DNA of 56,193 nucleotides from a virus (IMGVR_UViG_3300033141_000787:1-56193), one strand, 5' to 3'; counted from the first letter of the stretch, positions 44,877 to 55,980 are shown. Notes: generated from the sequence alone by a model not told the origin. Translations and numbers: made by a program.

Positions 44877-46516
44877 CTGTAAACACTTTCAACATTACCG
44901 CTCCTCCAAAACAGTTAGCTAAGGAGGAGCAATTACTTGAGTTAGGACGTACAAACTTAATAGCCTATGGTAAGCTGTTCCTGCCTGGCGACTTCAAGAA
45001 AACCAAGACCCCGTTCTTTCATTATGAAATAGCGGACGCATATCTTGATGAATTAATACGCCAGCTTGCAGTTATCATAGCTCGTGGGCATGGTAAGACT
45101 GTGCTTACTAAGGCTTTTCTCCTTCATAAGATAACTTACTACAATCCCAAAGAAGGTCCTCCTCCATTAATGGCTTGGATAGCAGACACTATAGATAAGG
45201 TCTATAACAATATGGACTATATAGATAAACAGATAAGATTCAATAGCCGTATAAGACGCTATTTTGGAGACCTTAGTGGTAAACGTAGAGGCCTTAAATG
45301 GTCAGAACATTATAAGGAATTCGTTAATGGTGTAGCTCTGATAGCACGTTCTAACACAAAAGGCGTACGTGGTGAAAGTAAAGGTAATGTATTAGGAGGT
45401 TCTGAGCGTTTCCACCTTATTGTACTTGATGACATAGAGAACGAGAAGAACACTATAACGTATGAAGCCCGTGAATATATTAAGCGTGAAGTAACAAACG
45501 CTATATTCCCAGCTTTAGAACCTAATATAGGCCGTCTAATATTTAATGGAACTCCGGTACATAACGACTCTCTATGCCAGAATATACTTGACGGCTGGAA
45601 TAAAGCAATACGTGATGGTACAACAGACAACTATTCCTGGAAGGTTATTAGCTATAGTGCTACTCAGCCTAATATGCCTGGTGGTGTATTATGGCCTGAC
45701 TACTTTCCTAAAGAACGGCTTGAGGAACGCCGTAAATTCTATCTTGATACAGTCGGCTCAGACGCCGGTTACTACCAAGAGTACGAGCTTAAAGTCATTA
45801 GCGATTCAACCCGTATATGGGGCAGAGACCATTACAAGATACATAATTGCAGTTACTACTATGACGAGGAACTACAGCACAGTTTCTTAGTAAACGACCA
45901 TGGAGTAAAGATACCAGTACATTGTTTTCTTGGTAGTGACCCTGCTACAGATATAGATACAAGAAACAGCGATAAGAACGTAATCTTAATAATAGCAGTA
46001 GACAAAGATACCAATATCTATGTATTAGAGTATGTATCAGAACTTAGTATACCAGAAGTAGGTATATATGACGCTAACGGTAATCTTATAGGTGATAAAG
46101 GAGTAACTGAGCATATAGTCGAGCTTTATGACCGTTATCATTGCAAGAATGGAACATTGGAAGATGTAGCTATGACCCGTGGCGTATGGAATAATCTTGA
46201 CGCCTATAAGGTACGTCATAATAGGCATGATATATTAATTATACCAGAGCAGCCACAAGGCCGTGAAAAGTTAAATAAGATACAAGCCGGACTTAGTACT
46301 CACTTCTCACACCGTAGAATATATCTCAGAGAAGATATGTGGGAATTAAGAGAACAGATAGAGTCATTCGGCAAATCTATGGCCCATGATGACGTAATAG
46401 AAGCACTCTATTTTGCTACACGTAATATGCAAGCACCAAATGAACTCGAAAATAAATACGGTGTATATAAACGTAGACGCCGTAAATTTCATATAAAAAG
46501 CTGGACTGTATTATAA
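44873..46516 (+). CDS. terL: Terminase large subunit
   Basis: ARGHGKT Walker A, LIVLDD Walker B, GTP coupling motif, GSDPA and HDDVIEA nuclease motifs. Confidence 0.93.
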   Translation: MTVNTFNITAPPKQLAKEEQLLELGRTNLIAYGKLFLPGDFKKTKTPFFHYEIADAYLDELIRQLAVIIARGHGKTVLTKAFLLHKITYYNPKEGPPPLMAWIADTIDKVYNNMDYIDKQIRFNSRIRRYFGDLSGKRRGLKWSEHYKEFVNGVALIARSNTKGVRGESKGNVLGGSERFHLIVLDDIENEKNTITYEAREYIKREVTNAIFPALEPNIGRLIFNGTPVHNDSLCQNILDGWNKAIRDGTTDNYSWKVISYSATQPNMPGGVLWPDYFPKERLEERRKFYLDTVGSDAGYYQEYELKVISDSTRIWGRDHYKIHNCSYYYDEELQHSFLVNDHGVKIPVHCFLGSDPATDIDTRNSDKNVILIIAVDKDTNIYVLEYVSELSIPEVGIYDANGNLIGDKGVTEHIVELYDRYHCKNGTLEDVAMTRGVWNNLDAYKVRHNRHDILIIPEQPQGREKLNKIQAGLSTHFSHRRIYLREDMWELREQIESFGKSMAHDDVIEALYFATRNMQAPNELENKYGVYKRRRRKFHIKSWTVL

Positions 46517-46532
46517 ACATAAGGAGTAGATT

Positions 46533-48785
46533 ATGGCTAAGAAATTATCTAAGAAGGAGAAAGCCAAGACCAACTATACGTTATATAAGAATATACGTAA
46601 TGGGCCTTGGCAAAAATGGCGTGAGGACAGCCAGGAGTCTTACGACTTCAGCCTCGGAGACCAGCTTACTAAAAAGGAGCTGGACGACCTCAAAAAGGCT
46701 GGTATGCCTACTTTTATTGTAGACAAGATAAGCCAGTCTATTGAAGTACTTAAATACTTTATTACCGCTAATAATCCTGAGTTTACAGCTATCGGCACAG
46801 AGCTTAGTGATGACAGGTTAGCTCAAGTACATCAAGCAGTATTAAAGCATATCATGTATACATCAGGATTTAAGGGAGTATTCGGTAGTGTAATATCTGA
46901 TGCCTTATCAAAATCCGTTGGTTATCTGATGTGCTATATAGACCCTGACCTTGATAATGGAAACGGTGAAGTACTGATACGTAACTTAAACCCATGGGAC
47001 GTATATCCTGACCCGTCAAGTGTAGATATTATGTACAGAGATGCAGAATATATACTTGTCAGGAAACTATTTACCAAGAACACCCTTATAAATATGCTGC
47101 CAGACTATGAGTCTGTTATAAAGAAAGCTATACCTGGGGATATAAATAAGGAAGATTATTCTGGTAAAGACTCGGACGAAAGCAACTCTATACAGCCTTG
47201 GGATATATCAAATACAATAGATAAGGAAGGTTCTACGCAGACATTAATAGATTACTATGAGAAATACTTCAAGAAACGTGTCAAATACTGGACTTTAACT
47301 ATACGAGAGGAGCTTGATGAATCTCAGCTTGAACAAGTTAATAAGAACATAGAAGCTGAAATGGCTAACTTCCAGAGACAAATCATGACTGAGGTTGAAA
47401 GTAAGTCAATAGATATTAAAGATGCCATGAAACGTGGTGATATATCTAAGGAACGTGCAGAATTTGACCTGAAGCAATTACAGGAACAGGCAGCTCAGAT
47501 GATTGAGCAGCATAGAACCGACCTAATTAATCAGGTTGTAGCTTCAATAAGTAAGACTGAAGTGCGTGTAATAAGTGATGATGAGTACAAGCTGCTCATT
47601 AAAAACAAAGACTTAAAGGATAGAATAATAAAAGCTGTAGACTATTGGGAAACTCGTATTGGGGTAATTGCATCGGTAGGAGCTGACACCTTCTTATATG
47701 AGACTACCTTACCGATAAGTGATTACCCCATTGTACCTATACCTTATACGCATACTGGTACTCCATACCCAATCTCGGCAGTACGCAAGGTAGTAGGTAA
47801 ACAGCGTGAAGTTAATAAGACTCATCAGCTTATGGTATATAATGCGACTCTCGGTTCTTCATTACGCTGGACTCACGAACAAGGAGCTATACCAGATGAA
47901 GAGGAATGGGACGCCAAATCCTCTGTTCCTGGTGCACGTCTTGTATATAATAAGGGATTCAATCCACCTACACCTGTACAGCCTATGCAATTAAACTCAG
48001 CTTTCTATGATATAGCTACTAAGGGAGAACGTGATATAGAGGAAGGTCTCGGAGTATCTCCATTTAGTATGGGAACTGAAGTACCTTCACATATACCTTA
48101 CCGTGGTTTATTGCAATGGGACGAGGCTTCAACACGTAGAATCCGTGCATGGGTAACCAACGTATTAGAGCCTGCCTTAGAACAGTTTGGTAAAGTTCTT
48201 ACTCAATTTGCTCAATATCACTATGACACCGAGAAGGTAATACGTCTTGTAGACCCAGACACAAGTAATATCGAGGAATATAAGATTAACGTGCCTGTAT
48301 ATGATTCTTTAGGCTCAGTAGTATCTCGCTATAACGACTATCAGTCAACACGCTTTGACGTAAGAATAGTATCCGGCTCTACCTTGCCAAAGAATAGACG
48401 TATGGAAGCTGCTGAAGTTATGGAATATTATAAACTTGGAGCTGTTGACGATATAGCTTTACTTGCTGCATCAAGTATACCAAATAAGGAGGCTATCATA
48501 GCACGTAAATCAATGTACTCACATCTGAAAAGCATGAATGATGCTCTTGAGCAGCAGGTCAAAGAAATGGCCGGAACTATAGAAACACTAAAACGCCAGT
48601 TAGTACAGGCCGGTATTAAAGTCCAAGTCAAGGAAGCTGACGCAGAACTTAGCAAGATAGTAGCTGACCATAAAGCAGCTCTTAGAGCAGCCGAAGCTCG
48701 CTATAGAATGGAGCTGCGTACAGCAGGCTCTGAGGCAAAACGTGTCGTAAAGGAGGCTAAAATTAATAAAGCTAAGAAAGAATAA
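46533..48785 (+). CDS. Portal protein (P22-like, with C-terminal coiled coil)
   Basis: GDQLT, PWDVYPDP, YPIVP, QREVNK motifs; follows TerL. Confidence 0.85.
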   Translation: MAKKLSKKEKAKTNYTLYKNIRNGPWQKWREDSQESYDFSLGDQLTKKELDDLKKAGMPTFIVDKISQSIEVLKYFITANNPEFTAIGTELSDDRLAQVHQAVLKHIMYTSGFKGVFGSVISDALSKSVGYLMCYIDPDLDNGNGEVLIRNLNPWDVYPDPSSVDIMYRDAEYILVRKLFTKNTLINMLPDYESVIKKAIPGDINKEDYSGKDSDESNSIQPWDISNTIDKEGSTQTLIDYYEKYFKKRVKYWTLTIREELDESQLEQVNKNIEAEMANFQRQIMTEVESKSIDIKDAMKRGDISKERAEFDLKQLQEQAAQMIEQHRTDLINQVVASISKTEVRVISDDEYKLLIKNKDLKDRIIKAVDYWETRIGVIASVGADTFLYETTLPISDYPIVPIPYTHTGTPYPISAVRKVVGKQREVNKTHQLMVYNATLGSSLRWTHEQGAIPDEEEWDAKSSVPGARLVYNKGFNPPTPVQPMQLNSAFYDIATKGERDIEEGLGVSPFSMGTEVPSHIPYRGLLQWDEASTRRIRAWVTNVLEPALEQFGKVLTQFAQYHYDTEKVIRLVDPDTSNIEEYKINVPVYDSLGSVVSRYNDYQSTRFDVRIVSGSTLPKNRRMEAAEVMEYYKLGAVDDIALLAASSIPNKEAIIARKSMYSHLKSMNDALEQQVKEMAGTIETLKRQLVQAGIKVQVKEADAELSKIVADHKAALRAAEARYRMELRTAGSEAKRVVKEAKINKAKKE

Positions 48786-48810
48786 ACTAAAATAAATAAA
48801 TTAAGTTTAC

Positions 48811-48839
48811 TTGACATACGCTTAATACGTATGTATATT
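48811..48839 (+). promoter_or_regulatory. sigma70-type promoter for scaffold and capsid
   Basis: TTGACA-17 bp-TATATT with an A-rich UP element. Confidence 0.75.
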
Positions 48840-48906
48840 GTGTTAGTACTAAATGTTTAAGTAGTATCTTATAATAGGATACTACAGAAATCTTAAGGAG
48901 GTTAAT

Positions 48907-49800
48907 ATGACAGCAATAACGGATAAAGGTGATGCCCAAAAGGTTACACCTCCCGTAACAACATCGACTGGAACTGGTGATGACAGCACCAAAAGTGCAG
49001 GAATAATAACACCTGAGCCAGTTAAAGACGGTGACAAACAGAACCAGTACACAACTGAAGAACTGTTAAAGCTGTACTCCGAGTCTTCAAAAGAGGCTAA
49101 GAGATTATATGCTTTAACGAAAGAGCAGGAAGCCAAGCTCAAAGAATTCGAGAACGCTATAGAACAGATGTCAAACAAGTATCAGGAAGTAGAACCTTGG
49201 CTTAAAGCTCTTGAAAACCCTGATTTTGTTAGATACATTAGCAATTATGACCCCCAAAAGGGGACTGCTGATGTAAAACCCGATAGTACTAATTACGGTC
49301 TTGGCGATAATTTTGAGGATTTTGAACCACGTGATATGTGGAATCCTACTACGCCATCGGGAAAATTCTTTGCTGACGCTGTTGCGAAACAGGTCAAAGA
49401 TATTCTTAACCAAGAATTATCTGTACGTGATGAGCAGGCAAAGGAGGAAAAACTTAGAGAAAGAGCTGCTGTAGAAATAGAACGTCAGATTGATGACTTT
49501 GTCAAAGATAATCCTCACATTAAACGTGAAGATGTAGAAGCTGCTTTAGAAGCTGCCAAAAGCAGACCACTTACAGTAGCTGACATCTATTATACAATTA
49601 ATAGAGACAAAATAAATGAGGAGATAAGACGTTCTACCTTGGAAGAGGTACAGAACAAACGACTGAAAACAGTCGCCACTCCGTATCCGTTAGCAGTTGC
49701 TGCCTCTGATGGTGATGATGATAAAGCTCCGCCAGACCGAATGTATGATATGTTGGCCAGAAATTTGAATGTAATGGGTATTACACCAGAGGCTATCTAA
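48907..49800 (+). CDS. Capsid scaffolding protein
   Basis: Acidic, helical, located between portal and capsid. Confidence 0.7.
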   Translation: MTAITDKGDAQKVTPPVTTSTGTGDDSTKSAGIITPEPVKDGDKQNQYTTEELLKLYSESSKEAKRLYALTKEQEAKLKEFENAIEQMSNKYQEVEPWLKALENPDFVRYISNYDPQKGTADVKPDSTNYGLGDNFEDFEPRDMWNPTTPSGKFFADAVAKQVKDILNQELSVRDEQAKEEKLRERAAVEIERQIDDFVKDNPHIKREDVEAALEAAKSRPLTVADIYYTINRDKINEEIRRSTLEEVQNKRLKTVATPYPLAVAASDGDDDKAPPDRMYDMLARNLNVMGITPEAI

Positions 49801-49844
49801 ACCGATTGTAGCCTCCTTACTAATACCCTAATAAGGAGGTTAAT

Positions 49845-51374
49845 ATGACTACACCTTACACTTCTTCGGACTTTAACGTAACAGATAATGACGCTACGTT
49901 AAATGTTGGAGACCTTAGGCGTGGGTATGCGTTTACATCTGCAAAACTTGCAACACTTAACGTAAACCAGGATAAGCTGTTCCATATTCTTGCGACTATG
50001 CGTAATGAGCCTACTCCTGATTCCCAGTTTAAGATTCTTGAGGAAAGACCATTCCATTGGCGTAGATATGGTTATGTAGTAGCACATAAAACATGGACGG
50101 GTTCAGGTAGTGTTCCCGTAAGTGGCTATTCTGCTACTGCTGATATTTCTGCCCACAGCCTGGAAACCGCTGGAAGCTACGTAGCCCTTAAAGTAGGTAC
50201 TGACTATAAGTCTGAGGGTAATGTAGGAAACATCTTTGGACAGTCAAACAATAAGGTTGCAGTAGGTGATGCTGGTACATTACCCGTATTTTTTACAAAG
50301 AACCAGAATATTAAAGTTTGTACTTCAAGTGCTGTAGATGACTTACTACCTGACGATTACTTTATAGCTAAAGTATTAGATGTTCAGACATCAGGTAACT
50401 ATGCTTATATTGGAGTTGAAATAGTTCGTCCACTTGCTGACGCCAATAATAAGTACTTGTGTTCATTTACAGATGCCACAACTCCAATATCTAATACATA
50501 CGCTTATGCCCACGGTACTACAGTAGGCGATACCAAGAAAGCACTTGATGGTATGAAACTTACTATTGTAGGTAATGCTTACGCTCCTGGTAGTGGTCTC
50601 CCTGATTACTACAATGACCAGCCATTCTCAACCCGTTATGGCTATACTATGATTTTGAAATGTGCTTACGGTATGGATAATACTGCTCGTGCTACAGAAT
50701 ACAAGATAGTCAAGAACGAGTTTGAGCGTAACTGGACTCGTACCTTAATGGCGTTTAAATGGGATATTGCTAATGAAATCTACTTCTCTACACTTTATAG
50801 AGAATCTGATGGAACTCAGCATACCCAAGGAATTGTTGATTGGGCTATAAACTACGGTAATGTATTCCAGATGGATTCCACCAAGTCAGAAGATGATTTC
50901 ATAGAAGATTTCTCCACACTGCTTGACCCAAGATTTAATCCTATTAGCAATTATCTGTTTGTAGTTCCTACTTACTGGTTTAATTTCTTCTTCAAACTTG
51001 GAACAGGCGGATACAACTACAATACTCTGATGCTTGGAAACGCTACAGATAATCGTGGTGCTCTCTATGGTATTAACTTCGCAGGTAAAGCAAGAATAGG
51101 TAATGCTCAGATATTCCAGTACAGTACATATCATGGTACAATAAACGTTATGGAAGATATTCATTTGAACGGTACTCCTGTAAAGATGCTTGCTATTCCT
51201 ATGAATAACATCAAGTATCGTCCTCTTAAAGGTAACGGAATTGACCGTGACGTTTATATCATAGAAGGTATTCAGACTCTTGAGAAAACAGGAGTAGATG
51301 CCTATGTAAACCATGGTATTGTTGAGTTTGGTATTGAGACTGTATTGCCTGAAACTTGGGGAATCTGGTTATAA
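49845..51374 (+). CDS. Major capsid protein
   Basis: 509 aa after the scaffold, strong RBS; NTARATEY, FKWDI, HTQGI HK97-like elements with a large inserted domain. Confidence 0.8.
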   Translation: MTTPYTSSDFNVTDNDATLNVGDLRRGYAFTSAKLATLNVNQDKLFHILATMRNEPTPDSQFKILEERPFHWRRYGYVVAHKTWTGSGSVPVSGYSATADISAHSLETAGSYVALKVGTDYKSEGNVGNIFGQSNNKVAVGDAGTLPVFFTKNQNIKVCTSSAVDDLLPDDYFIAKVLDVQTSGNYAYIGVEIVRPLADANNKYLCSFTDATTPISNTYAYAHGTTVGDTKKALDGMKLTIVGNAYAPGSGLPDYYNDQPFSTRYGYTMILKCAYGMDNTARATEYKIVKNEFERNWTRTLMAFKWDIANEIYFSTLYRESDGTQHTQGIVDWAINYGNVFQMDSTKSEDDFIEDFSTLLDPRFNPISNYLFVVPTYWFNFFFKLGTGGYNYNTLMLGNATDNRGALYGINFAGKARIGNAQIFQYSTYHGTINVMEDIHLNGTPVKMLAIPMNNIKYRPLKGNGIDRDVYIIEGIQTLEKTGVDAYVNHGIVEFGIETVLPETWGIWL

Positions 51375-51398
51375 TAAAGCCCAATTAAGGAGGTTATT

Positions 51399-51794
51399 AT
51401 GGGTAACGTTTATCTTGACGGAAAGAATGGATTTGCTATAGATGAGGATAGGCTGGCTGATTTTACAGTCTGCCCTCGGATTAGTGCTGAAGTTGCCCTG
51501 GACGCTACAGGAACTACTAACTTGATAGAAGTTCCGCCAGGGACATTAATTACTAAGGTAGCATTGTGGAATAACAGCGATACCGCACTTGGTGGAGCTG
51601 CTGATGTAGATGTCGGACTCTCAGGAGATACCGATAAATTCATCGACGGCCTTGCAGAGCTCGTAGCTAACGATATAACAATATCTTCAACCGGAGCTTA
51701 TACCGCAAATGGTGATACGGTTTCTATTACAGTTAATACTGCTGCTGCTGCTGGCTCTACTGGTAAAGTGTTGGTATGGTATACACATCCTTAA
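51399..51794 (+). CDS. Head decoration/cement-like protein
   Basis: Small beta-sandwich (VPPGTLI...DVG...GKVLVWY) directly after the capsid gene. Confidence 0.55.
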   Translation: MGNVYLDGKNGFAIDEDRLADFTVCPRISAEVALDATGTTNLIEVPPGTLITKVALWNNSDTALGGAADVDVGLSGDTDKFIDGLAELVANDITISSTGAYTANGDTVSITVNTAAAAGSTGKVLVWYTHP

Positions 51795-51799
51795 TATAG

Positions 51800-51909
51800 T
51801 ATTGGTGTGAATGACGTAGGGCATTTTATCTTAAAATACCCACAAAGCCGCGATGACCTGACTGATTTTAAGTCAGACTTTTATAACGCTCTACGTCATA
51901 TCACCAATA
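51800..51909 (+). ncRNA. Long-stem structured RNA element after the capsid genes
   Basis: TATTGGTG/CACCAATA plus ATGACGTAGGGC/GCTCTACGTCAT enclosing CTGACT/AGTCAG. Confidence 0.6.
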
Positions 51910-51931
51910 TTTTTAATAGAGTGAGTAAATT

Positions 51932-54904
51932 ATGGCAATTGATTTAGATACAAGAGTTACTCAGCTATCAGGTAGCATAATTGTAGACTCTAATACATTA
52001 CATCAATGGTATGTTGATGCAAGCATCGATATTATCAATAGACTTAAAGTTATTAACCCAGCGGAGCTTAATAACTTTGGTACTACTACATACGATATTA
52101 CTGATGCCTCTGGAGTTGTAGTATTTGACTATGGTGGTTTAGGCGGCATAGACCTATTATATGTATCACGTAATGGCTATATCTGTACTAAGATACCTGT
52201 TACAATGAAACAGAAGGCTGCCGACCCTAACTCTATATATTATGCTACTAAGAAGCACCCAGTATATTATGTCGAGAATAGCCGTGTATATGTATTACCT
52301 ACACCTACATCGTCTGAGACTGCTTCGGTAGTAGTGCTCGATACACCAGACTATCTGCCAGTATCAAGTACAGAGGATATACAAAATGTTCCTGATAAGT
52401 TTAACTACTTAATAGTCTTATATGCCGCTATGCAGAATGCTTTGAGCCATATCAGCAATATATCTATACAATCAGATATTACAGTACCGAGCGTTCCAGT
52501 ATTTGATGGCTTATCTACTACAAGTCAGTCATTACCTACTATGGAAACAGTAGATAGACTTGTATTACCTGTATCACCTGATATAACTGATATAGATTTT
52601 AGTGAAGTTGACTATACTCCAGTATTCGTACACCCTGTAGCAATATCGCTGCCTACACTTTCATTAGGTGATGACCTTACAATAGCTTCATTTACGCAGA
52701 CAACTATTGCACCTACTCCTCCAAGTATAACAATAGGTGATGGAACTGTAGCAGAATTTGATACTCCTCCTACATTTAATCCGCCCGTATTGACTTTATC
52801 TGATGCTCCTTCACCTACGAATATTACATTGCCGTCGTCTCCTTCAATAGACTCTTATATTACTGTAACTGAGTCTCTGCCTACTTGGACTGTTGTGAGT
52901 GCACCTACTCTGCCTACTGCCCCCGCTGATGCGGATATAGATTTCTCGTCTATACCTTCTACTCCGAGCTTTAGTCCACCCTCATTATTGGTATTGCCTG
53001 CTGTACCTGATATTGATATTAATGTTACTAAGAGCCTATCAAGTATAGCATCAATAGGTGATATAACCTTGCCTGCATTGACATTGCCGGAAAGTCCAAC
53101 AATTCCAGCTTTGAGTGTAACTGCCACAGTCCCGACTACTCCTTCAGACCCTAACTATACTGATTATGGTGTAATAAATATTAGCCACTCACTACCAACA
53201 TACAATGCTCCGACTCCTCCTACATCATTTAGTACGTTAATGTCATCTACTGATACCTATATAGATACTGATGAAGATATTGAATTGGCTACAGCTAAAC
53301 TAAACCAGTTAAAAGAGGATATAGACGCTTATATATCAGATATTAAGAAAGAGCTTGATAGATGTAATACATCAATAATGTCTTATAAGGCCGAAATAGA
53401 TTATGGTATAGCTGATTCAAGTAGACAACTCACATACGAGGATAAGGAATATTTAGCTAAACTCTCTAAATTTAGTACTGATATTAGCAGGTATCAAGCT
53501 GAGATTAATGAGCAAGTAGCTGAATATGTCAACACCTATCTGAATGGGACACTTAAAGTATGGGAAATACAGACTCAGGCTGCTATTGCCGAATATCAAG
53601 CTAAGGCAGGAGCTGAGATACAGAAGTATGTAGCTGAGTCTAAGGCCGGTACTGCCGAAGTAGAAGCTCTGATATACAGTACTGAATTGCAGAAAGAATC
53701 CGCTACTAATACCCTTAAACTGCAAAAATATAGTGATGTTGTTGCAGCTAAGATAAATGAGTATAAAGCTGAGCTTGATAAAGCAGTAAATGAGTATACA
53801 GCTTCATTCAAGAATTGGGAAACTGAAATTACTAAGGCTATAAGTACTTATCAGGTTGAAACAGGATATGACCTTAGTAAGTACTCTGCTGAGGTGCAGG
53901 CCGTACTTGGCGAACATTCAGCCAATCTTAATAACATGGTACAAGAGTTTAGAGCTGGACTTGATAAGTATATCACTGACTTACAGTACGTAAATACCAA
54001 TAATGATAGAGTCCTAAACAAATATCTGGCAGACATTAACAAGTATAATATTGAGGTTAATAGCACACTACAGAAATGGTCTCTGGAAAATATACAGTCA
54101 GCACAGACTAATTGGATTACTCAGAGACAGACTGATATTAGTAAATTCCAGCTTGATATTCAGAATGCCTTAAATGAATTCAATGAAGCTAATACTCAGT
54201 ATCAGGCAGATATACAGAAGAAAATACTTGAAGCTACTAACTCAATGACAAGTGATATTGAAACAGTACGAGCAGAGCTTAATAAATACTCCGAACAGTT
54301 AGCTCAGTATCAGATTGATGTTAACACCGAGCTTCAAGAGTATCTACAGAAGGACGTTCAAACTGCATTATCTAAGTGGGTAGAAAAGCGTAGAAATCTT
54401 CTTGACGAGTTCAGGATTAAGTCCGATAATGCTATTAACAAATATAACAGCGAGCTTAACGAAGCCATTAATAAGTACCAGCTCGATATTCAGGTATGGG
54501 CTAAACAGATAGATAAAGCATTAAATGACTATAGTATCAAAACAGGCCTTAACGTTGATGTATACAAAACTGAAGTACAGGCCATTATTAGCAAGCATAC
54601 TGAAGATATTAACAACGTAGCTGCTACCTTCAATGCAGAACTTAGTAAATACACCGCCGAAATTAATAAGATAGATGCAGAGAATAAGAATAAACTTGCT
54701 GAGTATGCTGCTGATATTCAGCTATTTAATGGCCGTGTAAATGCTGAAGTAAGCAAGATGCAGCTTAATCTTCAGAAAGTAAATATAGAGCAGGCTAAAT
54801 ATACAGAACTTTATAGGTCATTACGTACACAGTATGAACAAGGCTTCTTGCCATTCCAGATACGGAATGATAGAGGCTATCAGTCTATAAATCCAATATT
54901 ATGA
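51932..54904 (+). CDS. Adaptor-like virion protein with long Pro/Thr/Ser-rich and helical-repeat extension
   Basis: Adaptor-like N-domain (SIYYAT..PVYY...VLP; LIVLYAA), then a P/T/S tract and KY..E helical repeats. Confidence 0.6.
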   Translation: MAIDLDTRVTQLSGSIIVDSNTLHQWYVDASIDIINRLKVINPAELNNFGTTTYDITDASGVVVFDYGGLGGIDLLYVSRNGYICTKIPVTMKQKAADPNSIYYATKKHPVYYVENSRVYVLPTPTSSETASVVVLDTPDYLPVSSTEDIQNVPDKFNYLIVLYAAMQNALSHISNISIQSDITVPSVPVFDGLSTTSQSLPTMETVDRLVLPVSPDITDIDFSEVDYTPVFVHPVAISLPTLSLGDDLTIASFTQTTIAPTPPSITIGDGTVAEFDTPPTFNPPVLTLSDAPSPTNITLPSSPSIDSYITVTESLPTWTVVSAPTLPTAPADADIDFSSIPSTPSFSPPSLLVLPAVPDIDINVTKSLSSIASIGDITLPALTLPESPTIPALSVTATVPTTPSDPNYTDYGVINISHSLPTYNAPTPPTSFSTLMSSTDTYIDTDEDIELATAKLNQLKEDIDAYISDIKKELDRCNTSIMSYKAEIDYGIADSSRQLTYEDKEYLAKLSKFSTDISRYQAEINEQVAEYVNTYLNGTLKVWEIQTQAAIAEYQAKAGAEIQKYVAESKAGTAEVEALIYSTELQKESATNTLKLQKYSDVVAAKINEYKAELDKAVNEYTASFKNWETEITKAISTYQVETGYDLSKYSAEVQAVLGEHSANLNNMVQEFRAGLDKYITDLQYVNTNNDRVLNKYLADINKYNIEVNSTLQKWSLENIQSAQTNWITQRQTDISKFQLDIQNALNEFNEANTQYQADIQKKILEATNSMTSDIETVRAELNKYSEQLAQYQIDVNTELQEYLQKDVQTALSKWVEKRRNLLDEFRIKSDNAINKYNSELNEAINKYQLDIQVWAKQIDKALNDYSIKTGLNVDVYKTEVQAIISKHTEDINNVAATFNAELSKYTAEINKIDAENKNKLAEYAADIQLFNGRVNAEVSKMQLNLQKVNIEQAKYTELYRSLRTQYEQGFLPFQIRNDRGYQSINPIL

Positions 54905-54911
54905 GGTAGTT

Positions 54912-55412
54912 ATGTCAGATGTAGTAAGATATAGTATAAGTGTTGAGCCAAGAGAGGAACTGACCACAGAGAATGGAGGTACAGAAGTTGTACTTGCCAG
55001 TGAAGTTAATAAAGTCCTTGGTGGTAGTGGCAGTGCCGTAACAACTGACTATTCAGGTACAGCAGTCAACCAAGGCTATAAGGACGGCTCAGTAAATTAT
55101 TTAGAATGTACAGATGATGCTGCTGTAGCAATATCTACTGAGGCTACTGCTTCGTTTGTGTTTATAAAGAATACGGGCTATACATATAGTTCGGCTACAG
55201 CATTAGGTGCAGCTTCATCTAATAGTGTCAAGGTAACCATAGTAAACAGTACTACTACCTTGTTGGGTATTCTTGACGCTGGTGAGTGTATGGTATTTAA
55301 AGATGATAATGCTGGAATCGACTGTACTAAGATATTTGTACAGACTGTAACGAGTTCTGGTGGGGCAGTAACTGACGACCATCTTGCAGTAGAATACTTG
55401 GTAGTTGATTAA
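54912..55412 (+). CDS. Structural protein, paralog of 55424-55978
   Basis: Shared ASEVN, QGYKDG, NTGY.YSS, LAVE.LV. Confidence 0.65.
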   Translation: MSDVVRYSISVEPREELTTENGGTEVVLASEVNKVLGGSGSAVTTDYSGTAVNQGYKDGSVNYLECTDDAAVAISTEATASFVFIKNTGYTYSSATALGAASSNSVKVTIVNSTTTLLGILDAGECMVFKDDNAGIDCTKIFVQTVTSSGGAVTDDHLAVEYLVVD

Positions 55413-55423
55413 TTGAGGTTACA

Positions 55424-55978
55424 ATGAGTAATTCTGTAAGGGCTAAAATAGGAGTATATCCAGTAGAGATTCTTGCTGATAACGATGGTAACACTCACGA
55501 AATACCAGCAAGTGAGGTTAATCATAACTTATCAGGCGAGCTTACTGTATCCTTAGAGTATCCATTTACAGGACGTTATGATTACCAGGGATATAAAGAC
55601 GGCGAACCCTATTACATAGAAGCCACAAGTAGTGCTCACACTAATCCGTTACATGAAGCTACAGCATCATCAATACTTATAATTAATACCGGTTATAAGT
55701 ATAGCAGTTTTTCAGAGCTTGGTACACTTAATGATGGCACACTGCTTGAGATAGCAGTAGATGGAGTAGTAATAGCAAGACTTAACAAGGGTGAACCGAT
55801 ATTGCTCAAAGACGCTAACGCATTATTGGACTGTACCGATATATCAATGCGTACAGTAAAATCGGATGGAACTGTGGATACCTCATTAGATTCATTGGCT
55901 GTAGAGTTCTTGGTTACTCACGTACCTGACGGGTTGTATGGCCTTGTTGAGACAATACTTCTTGAATTAGGAGCGTAG
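55424..55978 (+). CDS. Structural protein, paralog of 54912-55412
   Basis: Shared motifs as above. Confidence 0.65.
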   Translation: MSNSVRAKIGVYPVEILADNDGNTHEIPASEVNHNLSGELTVSLEYPFTGRYDYQGYKDGEPYYIEATSSAHTNPLHEATASSILIINTGYKYSSFSELGTLNDGTLLEIAVDGVVIARLNKGEPILLKDANALLDCTDISMRTVKSDGTVDTSLDSLAVEFLVTHVPDGLYGLVETILLELGA

Positions 55979-55980
55979 TT

